Part shown: positions 1-11,428 of the stretch, piece by piece
Numbering within the stretch: position 1 is the first letter of the stretch
Layout: every line of letters begins with the position of its first letter
Assembly (NCBI GenBank): GCA_902584815.1
Contig: CACIBF010000001.1
Location: forward strand, 9,653 to 73,652
Length of the DNA stretch: 64,000 nucleotides
Source: an uncultured Pelagibacteraceae bacterium
GTDB lineage: Bacteria; Pseudomonadota; Alphaproteobacteria; Pelagibacterales; AG-422-B15
Direction: 5' to 3'
Translations under genes and position numbers: made by a program
Notes under the pieces: generated by a model
What the model was told of the DNA's origin: nothing
The model's database searches: none
The model's input: the letters and a program-made list of their open reading frames with translations, nothing else

Positions 1-420
1 TTTGCAGACATCGCTCTTATCATTAACTTATTATTAGTTCTTGGTGTCCTTTCAATGTTTCAAGCAACTCTAACTCTACCAGGAATAGCTGGTATAATTC
101 TTACTATTGGAATGGCTGTCGATGCCAATGTTCTTATCTTTGAAAGGGTCAAAGAAGAGTTAAGAAATGGAAGTTCAATGATAAACTCCATAGATAATGG
201 ATATAAAAGAGCATTATCAACAATATTAGATGCAAATATCACCACTTTAATAGCCGCAATAATATTATTTTTTATGGCTTCTGGTCCTGTAAGAGGATTT
301 TCTATTACTCTTGCAATTGGTATTTTTACATCTGTCTTTACAGCGTTTACAGTCACAAGATTTTTTATTTCACTGAGAGTAAGAAAAATGAAATCAGAAA
401 GTGTAGGGCTTAAGATATGA
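1..420 (+). CDS. secD: Protein translocase subunit SecD, C-terminal part (5' end outside window)
   Basis: Frame 1 is open from base 1 ([20 protein letters not shown]...). SecD membrane segment [30 protein letters not shown] overlap with secF. Confidence 0.85.
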   Translation, partial: FADIALIINLLLVLGVLSMFQATLTLPGIAGIILTIGMAVDANVLIFERVKEELRNGSSMINSIDNGYKRALSTILDANITTLIAAIILFFMASGPVRGFSITLAIGIFTSVFTAFTVTRFFISLRVRKMKSESVGLKI

Positions 421-1349
421 ATTTAGACTTTAGTTCAAAAAATATATCATTTTTAAAAATTCATATTATCGGTTTTGTATTATCCTCATTATTAATTATT
501 GGATCTATAATATCTTTTTTCTCATTTGGCCTAAACTTTGGAATAGATTTCAAAGGTGGAACGCTTATTGAAATTGAAACAAAAGAAGATGTTGATATAT
601 CACAAATTAGATCAGCACTAAATGACCTTTCTCTTGGAGATATTCAAATACAAGAATTTGGATCGAAGAATGATATTTTAATCCGTATTGAGCAACAATC
701 TGGGGGCGATAAAATTCAGCAGAATGTTGTAGAGATTGTAAAAAATAAACTAGATAATGATCTTAGTTCTCCTGTAAATTATCGGAGAACTGAAGTAGTT
801 GGTCCTAAAGTAAGTGGTGAATTGATACAAGCTGGAACGTTTGCAATTGCTCTTGCTGTATTTGCAATGCTTTTATATATCTGGTTTAGATTTGAATGGC
901 AGTTCTCACTTGGCGCCGTATTAGCGCTTGTTCATGATGTAATTCTTACGATAGGGATATTTTGTATCACTCAGTTGGAATTTAATCTTCCAATTATAGC
1001 CGCAATACTGACCATAGTTGGTTACTCAATGAATGATACTGTTGTGGTATACGATAGAGTAAGAGAAAACCTGAGAAAACATAGATCACTTGTAATCGAT
1101 CAATTATTAGACTTATCAATTAATGAAACTTTATCTCGAACGATAATCACATCTATTACAACTTTATTAGCTCTTTTATCACTTTATATTTTTGGTGGGT
1201 CCGTTATCAAGGGATTTACCTTTGCTATGATATGGGGAGTTTTAGTTGGAACATATTCTTCAATATTTGTAGCTGCGCCATTGCTTAAATATTTAGAAGT
1301 GAAAAGAGACTGGACTAGTACTTCAGCCGTAGACTCTACTAGAAAATAA
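417..1349 (+). CDS. secF: Protein translocase subunit SecF
   Basis: 310 aa. Motifs GIDFKGGT and [17 protein letters not shown], multi-TM pattern, translationally coupled to secD. Confidence 0.9.
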   Translation: MNLDFSSKNISFLKIHIIGFVLSSLLIIGSIISFFSFGLNFGIDFKGGTLIEIETKEDVDISQIRSALNDLSLGDIQIQEFGSKNDILIRIEQQSGGDKIQQNVVEIVKNKLDNDLSSPVNYRRTEVVGPKVSGELIQAGTFAIALAVFAMLLYIWFRFEWQFSLGAVLALVHDVILTIGIFCITQLEFNLPIIAAILTIVGYSMNDTVVVYDRVRENLRKHRSLVIDQLLDLSINETLSRTIITSITTLLALLSLYIFGGSVIKGFTFAMIWGVLVGTYSSIFVAAPLLKYLEVKRDWTSTSAVDSTRK

Positions 1350-1350
1350 T

Positions 1351-1962
1351 TTAGGCTAAATTTTGAGCAGCCACCATTGCCAATAACATCGGAATTGACA
1401 GCATTGTATTTGTTCTTGAAAATAGCATAGCTGTTCTAGCAGATTTCGCCTTAGTATCCGCATCAGCCTCAACTATACCAAGTGCTCTTTTCTGATTAGG
1501 CCAAATAACCATCCATACATTATAAGCCATAATTAGAGCTAGCCACATCCCAATTCCAATTGTAAGGGCTCTTGGATCATTAAAATTTGGTATCGTTAGA
1601 ACAAGAGCATTAATAGCTCCTGAGTGACCATAATAAAGAGCAAGAGTAATTAATCCAGTTATTACTGTTGCTAAGGCAGCCCATCTAAACCAGAAGAGCG
1701 CTGCAGGAGCAATGACTTTTCCAATTGCAGGCTTTTGTTCATCAGGAATATTTGGCATATTAGGTATTTGAACAAAGTTAAAATACCAAAGGAGTCCGAT
1801 CCACATTACTCCAACAACAACATGTAAATATCTAAATATTGTCTGCCAGAAAATCAGATCAAAAGACAGATCATAAGCTTTAAACATTATAATAAGTAAA
1901 ATTAATAATAATACTGTTCCAGCTATTATTGTTTTATTCAATGATTGGAGAATGTTTGTCAT
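1351..1962 (-). CDS. Integral membrane protein, function unknown (possibly COG3748/PuuD-like membrane domain)
   Basis: 203 aa with 4-5 hydrophobic helices. HVVVGVMWIGLLWYFNFVQIP resembles the membrane domain of PuuD-like proteins; recognition only, family not verified. Confidence 0.55.
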   Translation of the reverse strand: MTNILQSLNKTIIAGTVLLLILLIIMFKAYDLSFDLIFWQTIFRYLHVVVGVMWIGLLWYFNFVQIPNMPNIPDEQKPAIGKVIAPAALFWFRWAALATVITGLITLALYYGHSGAINALVLTIPNFNDPRALTIGIGMWLALIMAYNVWMVIWPNQKRALGIVEADADTKAKSARTAMLFSRTNTMLSIPMLLAMVAAQNLA

Positions 1963-2018
1963 TTTTTATCCTTAATAAATAATTATGAATCTATTTGTAT
2001 CAAAAAAAATTAAAAAAA

Positions 2019-4841
2019 TTAAACTAAATTTTTTAAATATTTACCTGTATAGCTTTTTTTATTCTTTTTTAGTGCCTCAGGGGTTCCACAGCCAATGATT
2101 TCCCCACCATTATCGCCACCTTCTGGCCCTAAATCAATTAACCAATCAGCAGTCTTAATAACATCTAAGTTGTGTTCAATAACAACTATGGTATTACCTT
2201 GCTCAACTAATATTTGAAGCACTTCTAATAACTTTTTAATATCATGAATGTGTAGACCGGTTGTAGGTTCATCTAAGATATATAATGTTTTACCAGTTGC
2301 TCTTTTTGATAATTCTTTCGATAACTTAATTCTTTGTGCCTCTCCACCTGAGAGAGTTGTGGCTTGTTGCCCAATTTTAATATATCCAAGCCCAACACTA
2401 TTTAAGGTGCTCAATTTATTTTTAATTAAGGGAATAGGATCAAAGAACTTTAATCCTTCATCAACTGTCATGTTTAAAATATCAGAAATATTTTTATCTT
2501 TATATTTTATCTCAAGTGTCTCACGATTATACCTCTTTCCCTCACATTCATCGCAAGTTACATATACATCTGGAAGAAAGTGCATTTCTATTTTAATTAC
2601 ACCATCGCCTTCACATGCCTCACATCTGCCTCCCCTAACATTAAATGAAAATCTACCGGCTTTATATCCTCGAGCTTTTGACTCTGGTAATCCTGCAAAC
2701 CAATCTCTAATAAAAGTAAAAGCACCTGTGTAAGTTGCTGGATTTGACCGTGGTGTTCTTCCAATAGGGGATTGATCTATATCAATTACTTTATCTAGAT
2801 TGTTTATGCCTTCAATAGTTTTAAAAGATGATGGATTAGTATTGGAGCCATTTAATTCTTTTGCAATGGCCTTATAGAGTGTATTTATAGTAAGAGTGGA
2901 TTTGCCACTTCCTGAAACTCCTGTAATGCATGTAAGTGTCCCCAATGGGATTTCACAATCAACATTTTTAAGGTTATTCCCAGAAGCACCTTTTATATTT
3001 ATTTTTTTATTATCTTTTGCCTCACGTCTTTTAGCCGGCACATCAATAATCATTTTTTTTGATAAATATTGACCAGTTAAACTTTTTTTATTTTTCATAA
3101 TTTCTTTTGCAGTTCCAGTTGCAGTTACAAAACCCCCTTTAACTCCAGCTTCTGGACCTAAATCAATAATATGATCAGAGTTGATCATAGCTTCTTCGTC
3201 ATGCTCTACGACAATGACAGTGTTACCAAGATTTCGAAGTCGTTTTAGAGTTTCAAGTAATCTTGCATTGTCTCTTTGGTGCAATCCTATTGAAGGCTCA
3301 TCTAAAACATAGAGCACACCAGTAAGACCTGAGCCAATTTGAGAAGCTAATCTGATGCGTTGAGACTCCCCGCCAGATAAAGTTCCTGAGTTCCTCGATA
3401 AAGTAAGGTATTCAAGACCAACATTATTTAAGAAATTTACTCTTTCATTCAATTCTTTTAAAATTCTATATGAGATTTCAATTTCTTTTTTTGATAGATT
3501 TTTCTCAAGTTTTTGAAACCAAGATAAAGATTCCTTAATTGATTTTTGACATAATTGTCCAATATTAAGACCATTAACCTTAACAGCTAAAGCCTCTTTT
3601 TTGAGTCTTAGGCCATCACATGCATGACAATTACTTTCAGTTTGATACTTTTCAATATTTGACCTCATCCAATCACTGTCAGTTTCTAAATATCTTCTTT
3701 CAAGATTATTAACAACTCCCTCAAATTCTTTATAATATGTATAACCATCGTCATATTTAAATTTCACTTCATCATCAGAACCAAAAAGAATAATTTCTTT
3801 AATATTTTTACTAAGTTTTTTCCATGGTGTATCAAGTGAAAACTTAAAATGCTTTGATATACTCTCACAAACTTGCTTATAGTAACTAGACGTAGCGATT
3901 GGCCATGGAGCTATAGCACCTTCGTTAATTGATAAATTTTTATCTGGAATTACTAGCTTTACATCAATTGATAGATCTGTACCTATTCCATCACATTCAG
4001 GACAGGCACCGTATGGATTATTAAAAGAAAATAATCTTGGCTCAATTTCTTCAATTGTGAAGCCTGAGACGGGACAAGCAAATTTAGAGGAAAAAATTTC
4101 CTCTTTTGGAGCTTTTCCATTTTTTTCATAATCTTCAATTATTACTATTCCATCTGCAATATTAAGTGCCGTTTCTATGCTGTCTGCCAGCCTATTACCC
4201 AAATCTTTAGATAGAGAGATTCTATCAACTACCACTGATATATCGTGTTTCTTTTTTTTATCTAAATCAGGAAGTGAGTCAAATTCGTATTGCTCTCCAT
4301 CAATTTTTACTCTTTGAAATCCTTTTTTCTGAAGCTCTGATAACTCTTTTTTATACTCACCTTTTCTTCCTCTTACTATCGGAGCTAATATTAGGAATTT
4401 TGAACCTTCAGGCCTTGATCTAATTCTATCTACCATTTGAGTAACAGTTTGACTTTTTATTGGCAAACCGGTTGTAGGAGAATAAGGAATACCAATTCGA
4501 GCATAGAGCAAGCGCAAGTAATCATATATCTCTGTAACAGTTCCTACAGTTGATCTTGGATTTTTAGAAGTTGTTTTTTGCTCAATCGATATTGCTGGGC
4601 TTAATCCCTCAATCAAATCAACATCAGGTTTTTGCATCATCTGAAGAAATTGTCTTGCATACGCTGATAGACTTTCGACATATCTTCTTTGGCCTTCTGC
4701 GTAGATAGTATCAAATGCTAGAGACGATTTTCCAGAGCCTGAAAGGCCAGTTATTATTGTCAGTTTATCTCTTGGAATCTTAACATTAATGTTTTTTAGA
4801 TTATGTTCTCTTGCTCCTTGAATTGAAATATTTTTGTTCAT
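2019..4841 (-). CDS. uvrA: Excinuclease ABC subunit A
   Basis: 940 aa. Two ABC modules ([29 protein letters not shown] twice). Cys4 zinc modules (CPVSG...CPECDG and CEACEGDG...CDECEG). Confidence 0.97.
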   Translation of the reverse strand: MNKNISIQGAREHNLKNINVKIPRDKLTIITGLSGSGKSSLAFDTIYAEGQRRYVESLSAYARQFLQMMQKPDVDLIEGLSPAISIEQKTTSKNPRSTVGTVTEIYDYLRLLYARIGIPYSPTTGLPIKSQTVTQMVDRIRSRPEGSKFLILAPIVRGRKGEYKKELSELQKKGFQRVKIDGEQYEFDSLPDLDKKKKHDISVVVDRISLSKDLGNRLADSIETALNIADGIVIIEDYEKNGKAPKEEIFSSKFACPVSGFTIEEIEPRLFSFNNPYGACPECDGIGTDLSIDVKLVIPDKNLSINEGAIAPWPIATSSYYKQVCESISKHFKFSLDTPWKKLSKNIKEIILFGSDDEVKFKYDDGYTYYKEFEGVVNNLERRYLETDSDWMRSNIEKYQTESNCHACDGLRLKKEALAVKVNGLNIGQLCQKSIKESLSWFQKLEKNLSKKEIEISYRILKELNERVNFLNNVGLEYLTLSRNSGTLSGGESQRIRLASQIGSGLTGVLYVLDEPSIGLHQRDNARLLETLKRLRNLGNTVIVVEHDEEAMINSDHIIDLGPEAGVKGGFVTATGTAKEIMKNKKSLTGQYLSKKMIIDVPAKRREAKDNKKINIKGASGNNLKNVDCEIPLGTLTCITGVSGSGKSTLTINTLYKAIAKELNGSNTNPSSFKTIEGINNLDKVIDIDQSPIGRTPRSNPATYTGAFTFIRDWFAGLPESKARGYKAGRFSFNVRGGRCEACEGDGVIKIEMHFLPDVYVTCDECEGKRYNRETLEIKYKDKNISDILNMTVDEGLKFFDPIPLIKNKLSTLNSVGLGYIKIGQQATTLSGGEAQRIKLSKELSKRATGKTLYILDEPTTGLHIHDIKKLLEVLQILVEQGNTIVVIEHNLDVIKTADWLIDLGPEGGDNGGEIIGCGTPEALKKNKKSYTGKYLKNLV

Positions 4842-4951
4842 CTCAACATTATAATTAGTTTGATTTATTAAGACTTAAAGATAGTTGTGAATAAAATAAT
4901 TATCTTTGTTTTTTTGTATACACCAAGATATTAAATAGTTAATTTATACAC

Positions 4952-5422
4952 ATGGCGTCAAGTTTAAATAAAGTAATGCTTATTGGTAATTTAGGGGCTG
5001 ACCCTATTATAAGACAAACGCAAGATGGAAAAAAATTGGCCCAGTTAAGTCTTGCTACTTCAGAATCCTGGAAAGATAAAAATACAGGAGAGAGAAGAGA
5101 TAAAACTCAATGGCACAGAATAGTTATATTTAACGATGGTTTAGCGGGTGTCGTTGAGAATTACCTTAAAAAAGGATCCAAAATATATATTGAAGGACAA
5201 CTTCAAACAAGAAAGTTCACTGATAATAATGGAGTTGAAAAATATACAACTGAGGTTGTTCTTGCAAATTATAATGGAACTTTGACAATGCTTGATAGCA
5301 GAGGAGGAGGATCCAGTGACTTTGGTGGTGAATCTTCGCCTCAAATTGATCAAGACATGTCTCAGGATAGCAATTTTTCTTCATCTGATGATCTGGATAT
5401 TGATGATGAAATTCCCTTTTAA
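4952..5422 (+). CDS. ssb: Single-stranded DNA-binding protein
   Basis: OB-fold N-terminus NKVMLIGNLGADP, Gly/Ser-rich linker, acidic tip DDEIPF. Confidence 0.95.
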   Translation: MASSLNKVMLIGNLGADPIIRQTQDGKKLAQLSLATSESWKDKNTGERRDKTQWHRIVIFNDGLAGVVENYLKKGSKIYIEGQLQTRKFTDNNGVEKYTTEVVLANYNGTLTMLDSRGGGSSDFGGESSPQIDQDMSQDSNFSSSDDLDIDDEIPF

Positions 5423-5445
5423 AATGGCTTAATTGCCATTTTTCT
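5421..5445 (+). terminator. Rho-independent terminator candidate after ssb
   Basis: 8-bp stem AAAATGGC/GCCATTTT with loop TTAATT, followed by a T-rich tail. Starts inside the ssb stop codon. Confidence 0.5.
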
Positions 5446-5533
5446 GTTATAATTCTCTATAATGTTAATCATAAAAAATGCTTCATATTTGGCTGTTTTT
5501 GGCTAATTATTAACCACTATTTAGGGCTTTAAA

Positions 5534-8230
5534 TTGACTGATTCAAACGATCAAAATAGTAAAAGTGTAACTGAAGAAATCACATCTATTTCACCGATTC
5601 CAATCGATGACGAGATGCAAAAATCTTACTTAGATTACGCAATGAGTGTAATCGTGAGTAGAGCATTACCTGATGTAAGAGACGGACTAAAGCCTGTTCA
5701 TAGAAGAATTTTGTATGCAATGCATGAGGCTGGGTATGAATGGAATAAGCAGCATAGAAAGAGCGCTAGGGTAGTTGGTGATGTAATTGGTAAGTATCAC
5801 CCCCATGGTGATCAAGCGGTATATGATGCGCTCGTTAGATTGGCACAAGATTTTTCTATGAGAGTACCTCTGCTTGATGGTCAGGGTAACTTTGGTTCGA
5901 TGGACGGGGATCGAGCGGCGGCAATGAGATATACAGAAGTCCGCATGGCAAAAATATCTAAATTTCTACTAGAGGATATTGAAAAAGATACTGTTGAATA
6001 CAGACCTAATTATGATGAAAGTGAAAATGAGCCAATAGTACTTCCAGCAAAATATCCAAATCTACTTGTTAATGGAGCAGGTGGAATTGCAGTTGGAATG
6101 GCTACTAATATATTGCCACATAATCTAGGTGAAGTTATTGATGCTTGCGTTGCTTATATAGATGATCAAGAAATTTCTTTTGAAAAGATAAATGAAATAA
6201 TAAAAGGACCAGACTTTCCTACAGGAGGAAAAATAGTTGGCTCAAAAGGAATTAAAGACTCACAAAAAAGTGGAAGAGGATCGATTATTGTTCAAGCTAA
6301 GTCAACGTTTGAAGAATTTAAAAGTGATCGTGAAGCAATTATTTTTACAGAACTGCCTTATCAAGTAAATAAATCAACTTTAATTGAAAAGATAGCAGAG
6401 CTTGTAAGAGATAAAAAAATTGAAGGGATCAGTGATTTGAGAGATGAGTCTGACCGACAAGGTGTCAGAGTAGTTGTTGAACTTAAAAAAGGAGTCATCG
6501 CACAAGTAATTTTAAATAAATTATACAAGTTTACGCCATTGCAAAGTTCATATGGTGTTAACGCTCTAGCTCTCAACGATCAAAAGCCAGAGTTGATGAA
6601 TATAAAAGATTTTTTAAGACATTTCATAAATCACCGAGAAGAAATTATTTCTCTTAGAACTAGGTATGAATTAAATAAAGCCAGAGATCGAGCACATGTC
6701 TTAACGGGGCTAGCGATTGCTATCTCCAATGTAGATCAAGTAATTGAAATCATAAAAAGCTCTAAGGACCCTAGCTCTGCAAAAATAGAGTTGCTGAAAA
6801 CAAAATGGAAGAGCTCTGATGTAAAGGATATTTTGGAATTAATTGATGATCCAAGGCAAATAAAAAATGATAAAGATATTTATTTAACTGAGGATCAAGC
6901 CAAGTCTATTTTAGAATTACGACTTCAGAGGCTTACGGCATTAGGTAAAGGGGAGCTGGAAGAAGAATTAAAAACTCTATCAGATAATATAAATGAGTAC
7001 TTATCAATTTTAAGAGACAAAAATAAATTACAATCTGTTATTAAAGATGAATTAGATAATGTAAAACAAGAATTCTCATCTCCAAGAAAAACTGAAATTA
7101 CTGACCATGAAGCTTCAGACATAGATCAAGAGGATCTTGTTCAAAGAAGTGATATGGTAATTAGTATTACTAATTCCGGCTATATAAAAAGAGTTCCTCT
7201 AGAGATGTACCGTGCCCAAAAAAGAGGCGGTAAAGGTAGATCAGGAATGAAAACAAACGATGAAGATTTTGTTACGCAAGTTTTTACCTCTAGTACTCAT
7301 GACAATATGTTATTTTTTTCATCAAGTGGCATCGTATACAAACTTAAAACATGGAAGATACCAGAATCTTCGCCAACAGCAAAAGGCAAAGCAATTATAA
7401 ATTTATTGAATTTGAAACAAGACGATCAACTATCAAGCATACTTGTCATGCCAGAAAATAAAGTCTCTAAAAATGATAATTTTTTGATATTTGCTACCGC
7501 TGATGGCAGTATTAGAAAAAATAGTATTGATGATTTTAAAAATATTCAAGCTAATGGAAAAATTGCAATGAAATTAAGTAATTCAAATAAAATCGTTGGA
7601 GTTAAAATTTGTACTGAAAATGATGACGTATTGCTGTCTACAAAAGAAGGTAAATGTATTAGAACGCCTGTTTCTAAATTACGAACAACAAAAAGTCGAT
7701 CTTCAATTGGAGTAAGGGGTATTAAATTAGCAGAAAATGACTCAATTATATCATTATCAATATTATCTCATCTAGATGTAACTTCAGCTGAGGCAAAGGC
7801 TTACTTAAAAATGAATAAAGCAACTAAAGATGATAATGATGACAATGAAGAGGATTCTAAAGAAGAAATAGAAGATATTAAATTATCAGAAGATCGTTTT
7901 CAGGAAATGAAAGCGTGTGAACAATTTGTTCTTACGGTAACTGAAAATGGATTTGGAAAAAGAACATCTTCATATCAATTTAGAGTTACCAATAGAGGTG
8001 GTTCAGGAATTATGTGTATAACCACTTCGTCGCGAAATGGAAATGTTTTAGCCTCATTTCCAGTTAGACATGATGACGATATAATGCTAATCACAAAGTC
8101 TGGTCAATTGATCAGATGTCCAGTTATAGATATAAGAGTTGCTGGTAGAAATACTCAAGGAGTAAGCATATTCAAAACATCTGATAGTGAAAAAGTTGTT
8201 TCAGCTTCACGAGTTGAAATAGAAAATTAA
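5534..8230 (+). CDS. gyrA: DNA gyrase subunit A
   Basis: TTG start. [19 protein letters not shown], active-site AAMRYTE, and GyrA-box KRGGKGRSG in the C-terminal domain (argues against ParC). Confidence 0.95.
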   Translation: MTDSNDQNSKSVTEEITSISPIPIDDEMQKSYLDYAMSVIVSRALPDVRDGLKPVHRRILYAMHEAGYEWNKQHRKSARVVGDVIGKYHPHGDQAVYDALVRLAQDFSMRVPLLDGQGNFGSMDGDRAAAMRYTEVRMAKISKFLLEDIEKDTVEYRPNYDESENEPIVLPAKYPNLLVNGAGGIAVGMATNILPHNLGEVIDACVAYIDDQEISFEKINEIIKGPDFPTGGKIVGSKGIKDSQKSGRGSIIVQAKSTFEEFKSDREAIIFTELPYQVNKSTLIEKIAELVRDKKIEGISDLRDESDRQGVRVVVELKKGVIAQVILNKLYKFTPLQSSYGVNALALNDQKPELMNIKDFLRHFINHREEIISLRTRYELNKARDRAHVLTGLAIAISNVDQVIEIIKSSKDPSSAKIELLKTKWKSSDVKDILELIDDPRQIKNDKDIYLTEDQAKSILELRLQRLTALGKGELEEELKTLSDNINEYLSILRDKNKLQSVIKDELDNVKQEFSSPRKTEITDHEASDIDQEDLVQRSDMVISITNSGYIKRVPLEMYRAQKRGGKGRSGMKTNDEDFVTQVFTSSTHDNMLFFSSSGIVYKLKTWKIPESSPTAKGKAIINLLNLKQDDQLSSILVMPENKVSKNDNFLIFATADGSIRKNSIDDFKNIQANGKIAMKLSNSNKIVGVKICTENDDVLLSTKEGKCIRTPVSKLRTTKSRSSIGVRGIKLAENDSIISLSILSHLDVTSAEAKAYLKMNKATKDDNDDNEEDSKEEIEDIKLSEDRFQEMKACEQFVLTVTENGFGKRTSSYQFRVTNRGGSGIMCITTSSRNGNVLASFPVRHDDDIMLITKSGQLIRCPVIDIRVAGRNTQGVSIFKTSDSEKVVSASRVEIEN

Positions 8231-8268
8231 TTGGTAGAGGATTATTTTTATTCAATATATAATTCTGT

Positions 8269-8751
8269 ATGGAAAAAATTGGAGTATATCCGGGTAGCTT
8301 TGATCCGATTCATAAAGGTCATATTGACGTAGTTAATAGAGCCTTAAGGTTTGTCGATAAGCTATATATTGCTGTAGCAGACAGCCCTCACAAAAATCCT
8401 TTATTTTCGCTCAATGAGCGCAAAGATATGATCGACAATGAATTTTCAAGTAGTTCTTCAGTAGAGGTCGTTGCATTTGATAATCTTTTAGTTGAGTTTG
8501 CTAAATCATTAAATGCTCAGGTTATTGTAAGAGGGTTAAGAGTTGTTTCTGACTTCGAATATGAATTTCAAATGGTAGGAATGAACCGTCAATTGAATTC
8601 TGAAATTGAAACGGTTTTTTTAATGGCTGACGCTCAAAGACAATCAATATCTTCTAATTTTATTAGAGATATAGCTAGATTAAATGGAGACATTTCTAAT
8701 TTTACTACTGATTATGTATCAGGAAAACTGAAGGAAAAATTTAATAATTAA
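8269..8751 (+). CDS. coaD: Phosphopantetheine adenylyltransferase
   Basis: 160 aa. GVYPGSFDPIHKGHIDV nucleotidyltransferase motif. Confidence 0.93.
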   Translation: MEKIGVYPGSFDPIHKGHIDVVNRALRFVDKLYIAVADSPHKNPLFSLNERKDMIDNEFSSSSSVEVVAFDNLLVEFAKSLNAQVIVRGLRVVSDFEYEFQMVGMNRQLNSEIETVFLMADAQRQSISSNFIRDIARLNGDISNFTTDYVSGKLKEKFNN

Positions 8752-8756
8752 CTTTG

Positions 8757-9320
8757 ATGAGAAAATTTATACTATATATATTCTCATTATTTATTATTTT
8801 TAATAACTTAGCTAACGCTGAAGAAAGTCTATATATGGCAAATGATCCAGAAAATACAATTCAAATAGAATTAAAAGACGGCAATGTAATAATTGAACTA
8901 TTAACTGATGTTGCTCCAAATCACGTAAATCAAATTAAAGAACTCGCACGAGAAGGTTTTTATGATGGAGTTCCTTTTCATAGAGTCATACCTGGCTTTA
9001 TGGCTCAAACAGGTGATGGACAATTTGGTAATGGAACTGGAGGATCAAGTAAGCCTGATTTAATGCAAGAGTTTAATAGTACTTCACATTTAAGAGGCAC
9101 TGTTTCTATGGCTCGAACTCAGGATCCCAATTCAGCTAATAGCCAGTTTTTTATTTGTTTTGGACCAACTCCACACTTAGATGGACAATACACTGTTTTT
9201 GGTCAAGTGGTTTCAGGAATGGAGTACGTAGATAACATTAAAGTAGGGTCTGGATCAAACGGTGAAGTAACAGATCCAGATTTAATGATATCAGTGAAAG
9301 TTTTATCTGATATTGAATAA
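8757..9320 (+). CDS. Periplasmic cyclophilin-type peptidyl-prolyl cis-trans isomerase
   Basis: FHRVIPGFMAQTGD and SMARTQDPNSANSQFFI motifs. N-terminal signal peptide ending NNLANA. ATG at 8757 preferred over the in-frame TTG at 8754. Confidence 0.9.
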   Translation: MRKFILYIFSLFIIFNNLANAEESLYMANDPENTIQIELKDGNVIIELLTDVAPNHVNQIKELAREGFYDGVPFHRVIPGFMAQTGDGQFGNGTGGSSKPDLMQEFNSTSHLRGTVSMARTQDPNSANSQFFICFGPTPHLDGQYTVFGQVVSGMEYVDNIKVGSGSNGEVTDPDLMISVKVLSDIE

Positions 9321-9322
9321 AT

Positions 9323-10336
9323 ATGGATATTAGTCATTTTGACTTTGATCTTCCGCAAGAACTAATAGCAAGCAGGCCAATCCAGCCTCGAAACATTTCA
9401 CGTTTATTGATTGGTAGCGAACCTGTTTATCACGATAATTTTAACAATATCCTTAATTATATTGAAAAGAATGACTTACTTGTGGTGAATAACTCCAAAG
9501 TAATTCCAGCTTATTTCTCTTTAAAACACAAGTCAAATGAGATCAGAATTACTTTTCATAAAAAAATAAAAGAGTCGCTTTGGAAAGCATTTATAAAACC
9601 TGGAAAGAAAATAAATGTAGGTGATAAAATTTCTTTAGACGATTCATATTTCCTTGATGTTATAGAAAAGACTCATGAAGGAGACTTCATAATAAAAGTA
9701 AATGGAGAAGAAGATATATTATTTAGAAATTTTGGTAAAATGCCTCTTCCTCCTTACATTCTAAAATCAAGAAATAGTGATAAAAAAGATTTTAATGATT
9801 ATCAAACAGTTTATGCAAGTCATAATGGATCAATCGCAGCTCCCACAGCTGGCCTTCATTTTAATAATGAAATATTTAATAAAATAAAAGACAGAGATCA
9901 GTTAGCAGAGATTACACTCCATGTTGGGGTAGGAACATTTATGCCGATTAGAGATAATATTGAAAACCATAAAATGCATAGTGAAGTAGGGTTTATTTCA
10001 AATGAAGTTATTGAGTTGATAAAAGAAAAAAAATCAAAAAAAGGAAGAATAATTTCTGTTGGCACAACATCGTTAAGACTGTTAGAGTCCGCGGCACTGA
10101 GCGGTGAGCTTTCTCCATTTAGTGGAAAAACAGATATTTTTATTAAGCCTGGATTTAAATTTAAAGTAGTAGATATGCTTTTAACAAATTTTCATTTACC
10201 AAAGTCAACTTTGATGCTTTTAGTTTCTGCATTTTCTGGCATAGATAAAATTCAATCTATATACCGAACGGCTATTGAAAATGATTATCGTTTCTTTTCA
10301 TATGGAGATGTAAGCCTGTTGTATCGTAATGAGTAA
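9323..10336 (+). CDS. queA: S-adenosylmethionine:tRNA ribosyltransferase-isomerase
   Basis: 337 aa. MPLPPYI, TAGLHF and VGTTSLRLLES motifs. Overlaps tgt by 8 nt. Confidence 0.93.
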   Translation: MDISHFDFDLPQELIASRPIQPRNISRLLIGSEPVYHDNFNNILNYIEKNDLLVVNNSKVIPAYFSLKHKSNEIRITFHKKIKESLWKAFIKPGKKINVGDKISLDDSYFLDVIEKTHEGDFIIKVNGEEDILFRNFGKMPLPPYILKSRNSDKKDFNDYQTVYASHNGSIAAPTAGLHFNNEIFNKIKDRDQLAEITLHVGVGTFMPIRDNIENHKMHSEVGFISNEVIELIKEKKSKKGRIISVGTTSLRLLESAALSGELSPFSGKTDIFIKPGFKFKVVDMLLTNFHLPKSTLMLLVSAFSGIDKIQSIYRTAIENDYRFFSYGDVSLLYRNE

Positions 10337-11426
10337 TTTTGAATTATTAAATAGTGACCACCTTGCTAGAAGAGGTATCGTGAAAACAGTTCACGGAAAC
10401 ATTAACACTCCAGCATTTATGCCTGTTGGTACCGCTGCAACAGTGAAAGCCGTCACAACACCCGATCTTTTAAAAACCGGTTCAGAGATTTTATTAGGAA
10501 ATACATATCATTTAATGCTTCGACCTGGAGATGATTTAATCAGTAAATTTGGTGGTTTACACGACTTTATGAATTGGCATTTACCTATATTAACTGACTC
10601 AGGTGGTTATCAAGTATTCTCATTATCAAAATTAAGAAAATTATCTGACAACGGAGTAGAGTTTAAATCACATATTGATGGTAAAAAATTCTTAGTTACT
10701 CCTGAGAAATCAATTGAAATTCAAAAAAATCTAAATTCAGATATTGTTATGTGCTTTGATGAGTGTACCCCTTTCCCAGCAACTCATGACCAAGCAAGTG
10801 ACTCAATGAGATTATCAATGAAATGGGCGGAAAGATGTAAGTATGCATTTACTGGATCTCAGAATCAATTATTTGGCATCGTTCAGGGAAGTACTTATTC
10901 AGATTTAAGAGATGAATCAGTAAGATCTCTAATTAATTTAGATTTTGATGGTTATGCTGTTGGGGGATTGGCTGTAGGCGAACCTCAAGATGAAATGTTT
11001 AAAGTTCTAGACTACACTTGTCCGCTTCTTCCACAAAATAGGCCAAGGTATTTAATGGGAGTTGGCAAACCTGATGATATTATCGGTGCAGTTGCCAGAG
11101 GAATCGATATGTTTGATTGTGTTCTTCCTACCAGAAGTGGAAGAAATGGGCAGGCTTTTACAAAAAATGGGACAATAAATATTCGAAATTCAAAATTTAA
11201 ACAATTAAACTCCTCAATTGATCCTGAAAGTGACAACCCTGTTTGCAACACATACTCAGCCGCATATCTTCATCACTTATTTAATGCAAAAGAAATGTTA
11301 GGTGGCATGCTTTTATCCTTACATAATATTTATTTTTATCAAAATTTGATGAAAGAGATCAGGGCATCAATTGAAGAAAAAAGGTTTCAGCGTTTTTCTG
11401 AAGAGTTTCTAAGTAATTATAATTAA
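10329..11426 (+). CDS. tgt: Queuine tRNA-ribosyltransferase (tRNA-guanine transglycosylase)
   Basis: TPAFMPVGT, LGNTYHL, TDSGGYQ and MFDCVLPTRSGRNG motifs. The zinc motif is atypical (see findings). Confidence 0.93.
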   Translation: MSNFELLNSDHLARRGIVKTVHGNINTPAFMPVGTAATVKAVTTPDLLKTGSEILLGNTYHLMLRPGDDLISKFGGLHDFMNWHLPILTDSGGYQVFSLSKLRKLSDNGVEFKSHIDGKKFLVTPEKSIEIQKNLNSDIVMCFDECTPFPATHDQASDSMRLSMKWAERCKYAFTGSQNQLFGIVQGSTYSDLRDESVRSLINLDFDGYAVGGLAVGEPQDEMFKVLDYTCPLLPQNRPRYLMGVGKPDDIIGAVARGIDMFDCVLPTRSGRNGQAFTKNGTINIRNSKFKQLNSSIDPESDNPVCNTYSAAYLHHLFNAKEMLGGMLLSLHNIYFYQNLMKEIRASIEEKRFQRFSEEFLSNYN

Positions 11427-11428
11427 AC

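Noticed and set aside
60-356. Antisense or alternate-frame ORFs throughout the track. Examples: 60-356(-), 2248-2733(+), 5141-5353(-), 6361-6576(-), 14340-14579(+), 16076-16408(-), 17299-17571(-), 21811-22086(+), 52558-52959(-), 57459-57734(-).
   Set aside because: Each lies entirely inside, or mostly overlaps, a longer ORF with unmistakable family motifs on the other strand or frame. Their translations are low-complexity with no recognisable motifs. They are shadow ORFs.
4842-4951. SOS (LexA) box in the divergent uvrA/ssb promoter region.
   Set aside because: No alphaproteobacterial GTTC-N7-GTTC / GAAC-N7-GAAC motif and no E. coli-type CTGT-N8-ACAG is present. Only a weak 7-bp AT-rich inverted repeat (AAAGATA...TATCTTT) with a 17-nt loop is seen.
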